From positions 62,001-126,000 of the forward strand of contig JAUCBJ010001490.1 in NCBI GenBank assembly GCA_032718475.1: a stretch of DNA of 64,000 nt, given 5' to 3'. The stretch comes from Nemertoderma westbladi (lineage: Eukaryota > Animalia > Xenacoelomorpha). The notes below the pieces were generated by a model. That model did not search any database. It saw nothing but the letters and a program-made list of their open reading frames with translations, and was not told the DNA's origin. A program made the position numbers and the translations under genes. Below, in pieces: positions 63,954 to 64,000 of this stretch (its first letter is position 1; each line of letters begins with the position of its first letter).

Positions 63954-64000
63954 CAGTTATAACTATGCGAAGTTTCGAAACTGTGCGAGTAACTGTTGAT

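Overview
Repeat-rich, AT-rich invertebrate (metazoan) nuclear DNA; the species cannot be identified from the sequence. 1-18.7 kb is one complex ~51-bp satellite with kb-scale higher-order duplications, and all ORFs there are artefacts. Six genes can be supported: a stand-alone CARD-only ORF (22149-22436 +); a 4-exon myophilin/transgelin (calponin family) gene (28849-37909 -); intronless NOC4L (43479-45059 +); two tandem GPX4-like genes (50932-51676 + and 54346-55540 +); and intronless AREL1 (61098-63347 -). The second GPX4 has an in-frame Sec TGA and a canonical type-II SECIS 2.1 kb downstream; the first has GGA (Gly) at the catalytic Sec position. Intron 3 of the myophilin gene is filled by two minisatellites (35 bp and 39 bp) made from the gene's own exon-3 end plus 5' splice site, giving roughly 70 GTAAGT donors. 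The rest is LINEs (RTE, APE-RT, CRE), a long-TIR integrase-type DNA transposon, MITEs and minisatellites. All calls come from reading the sequence by eye; no database search was run.
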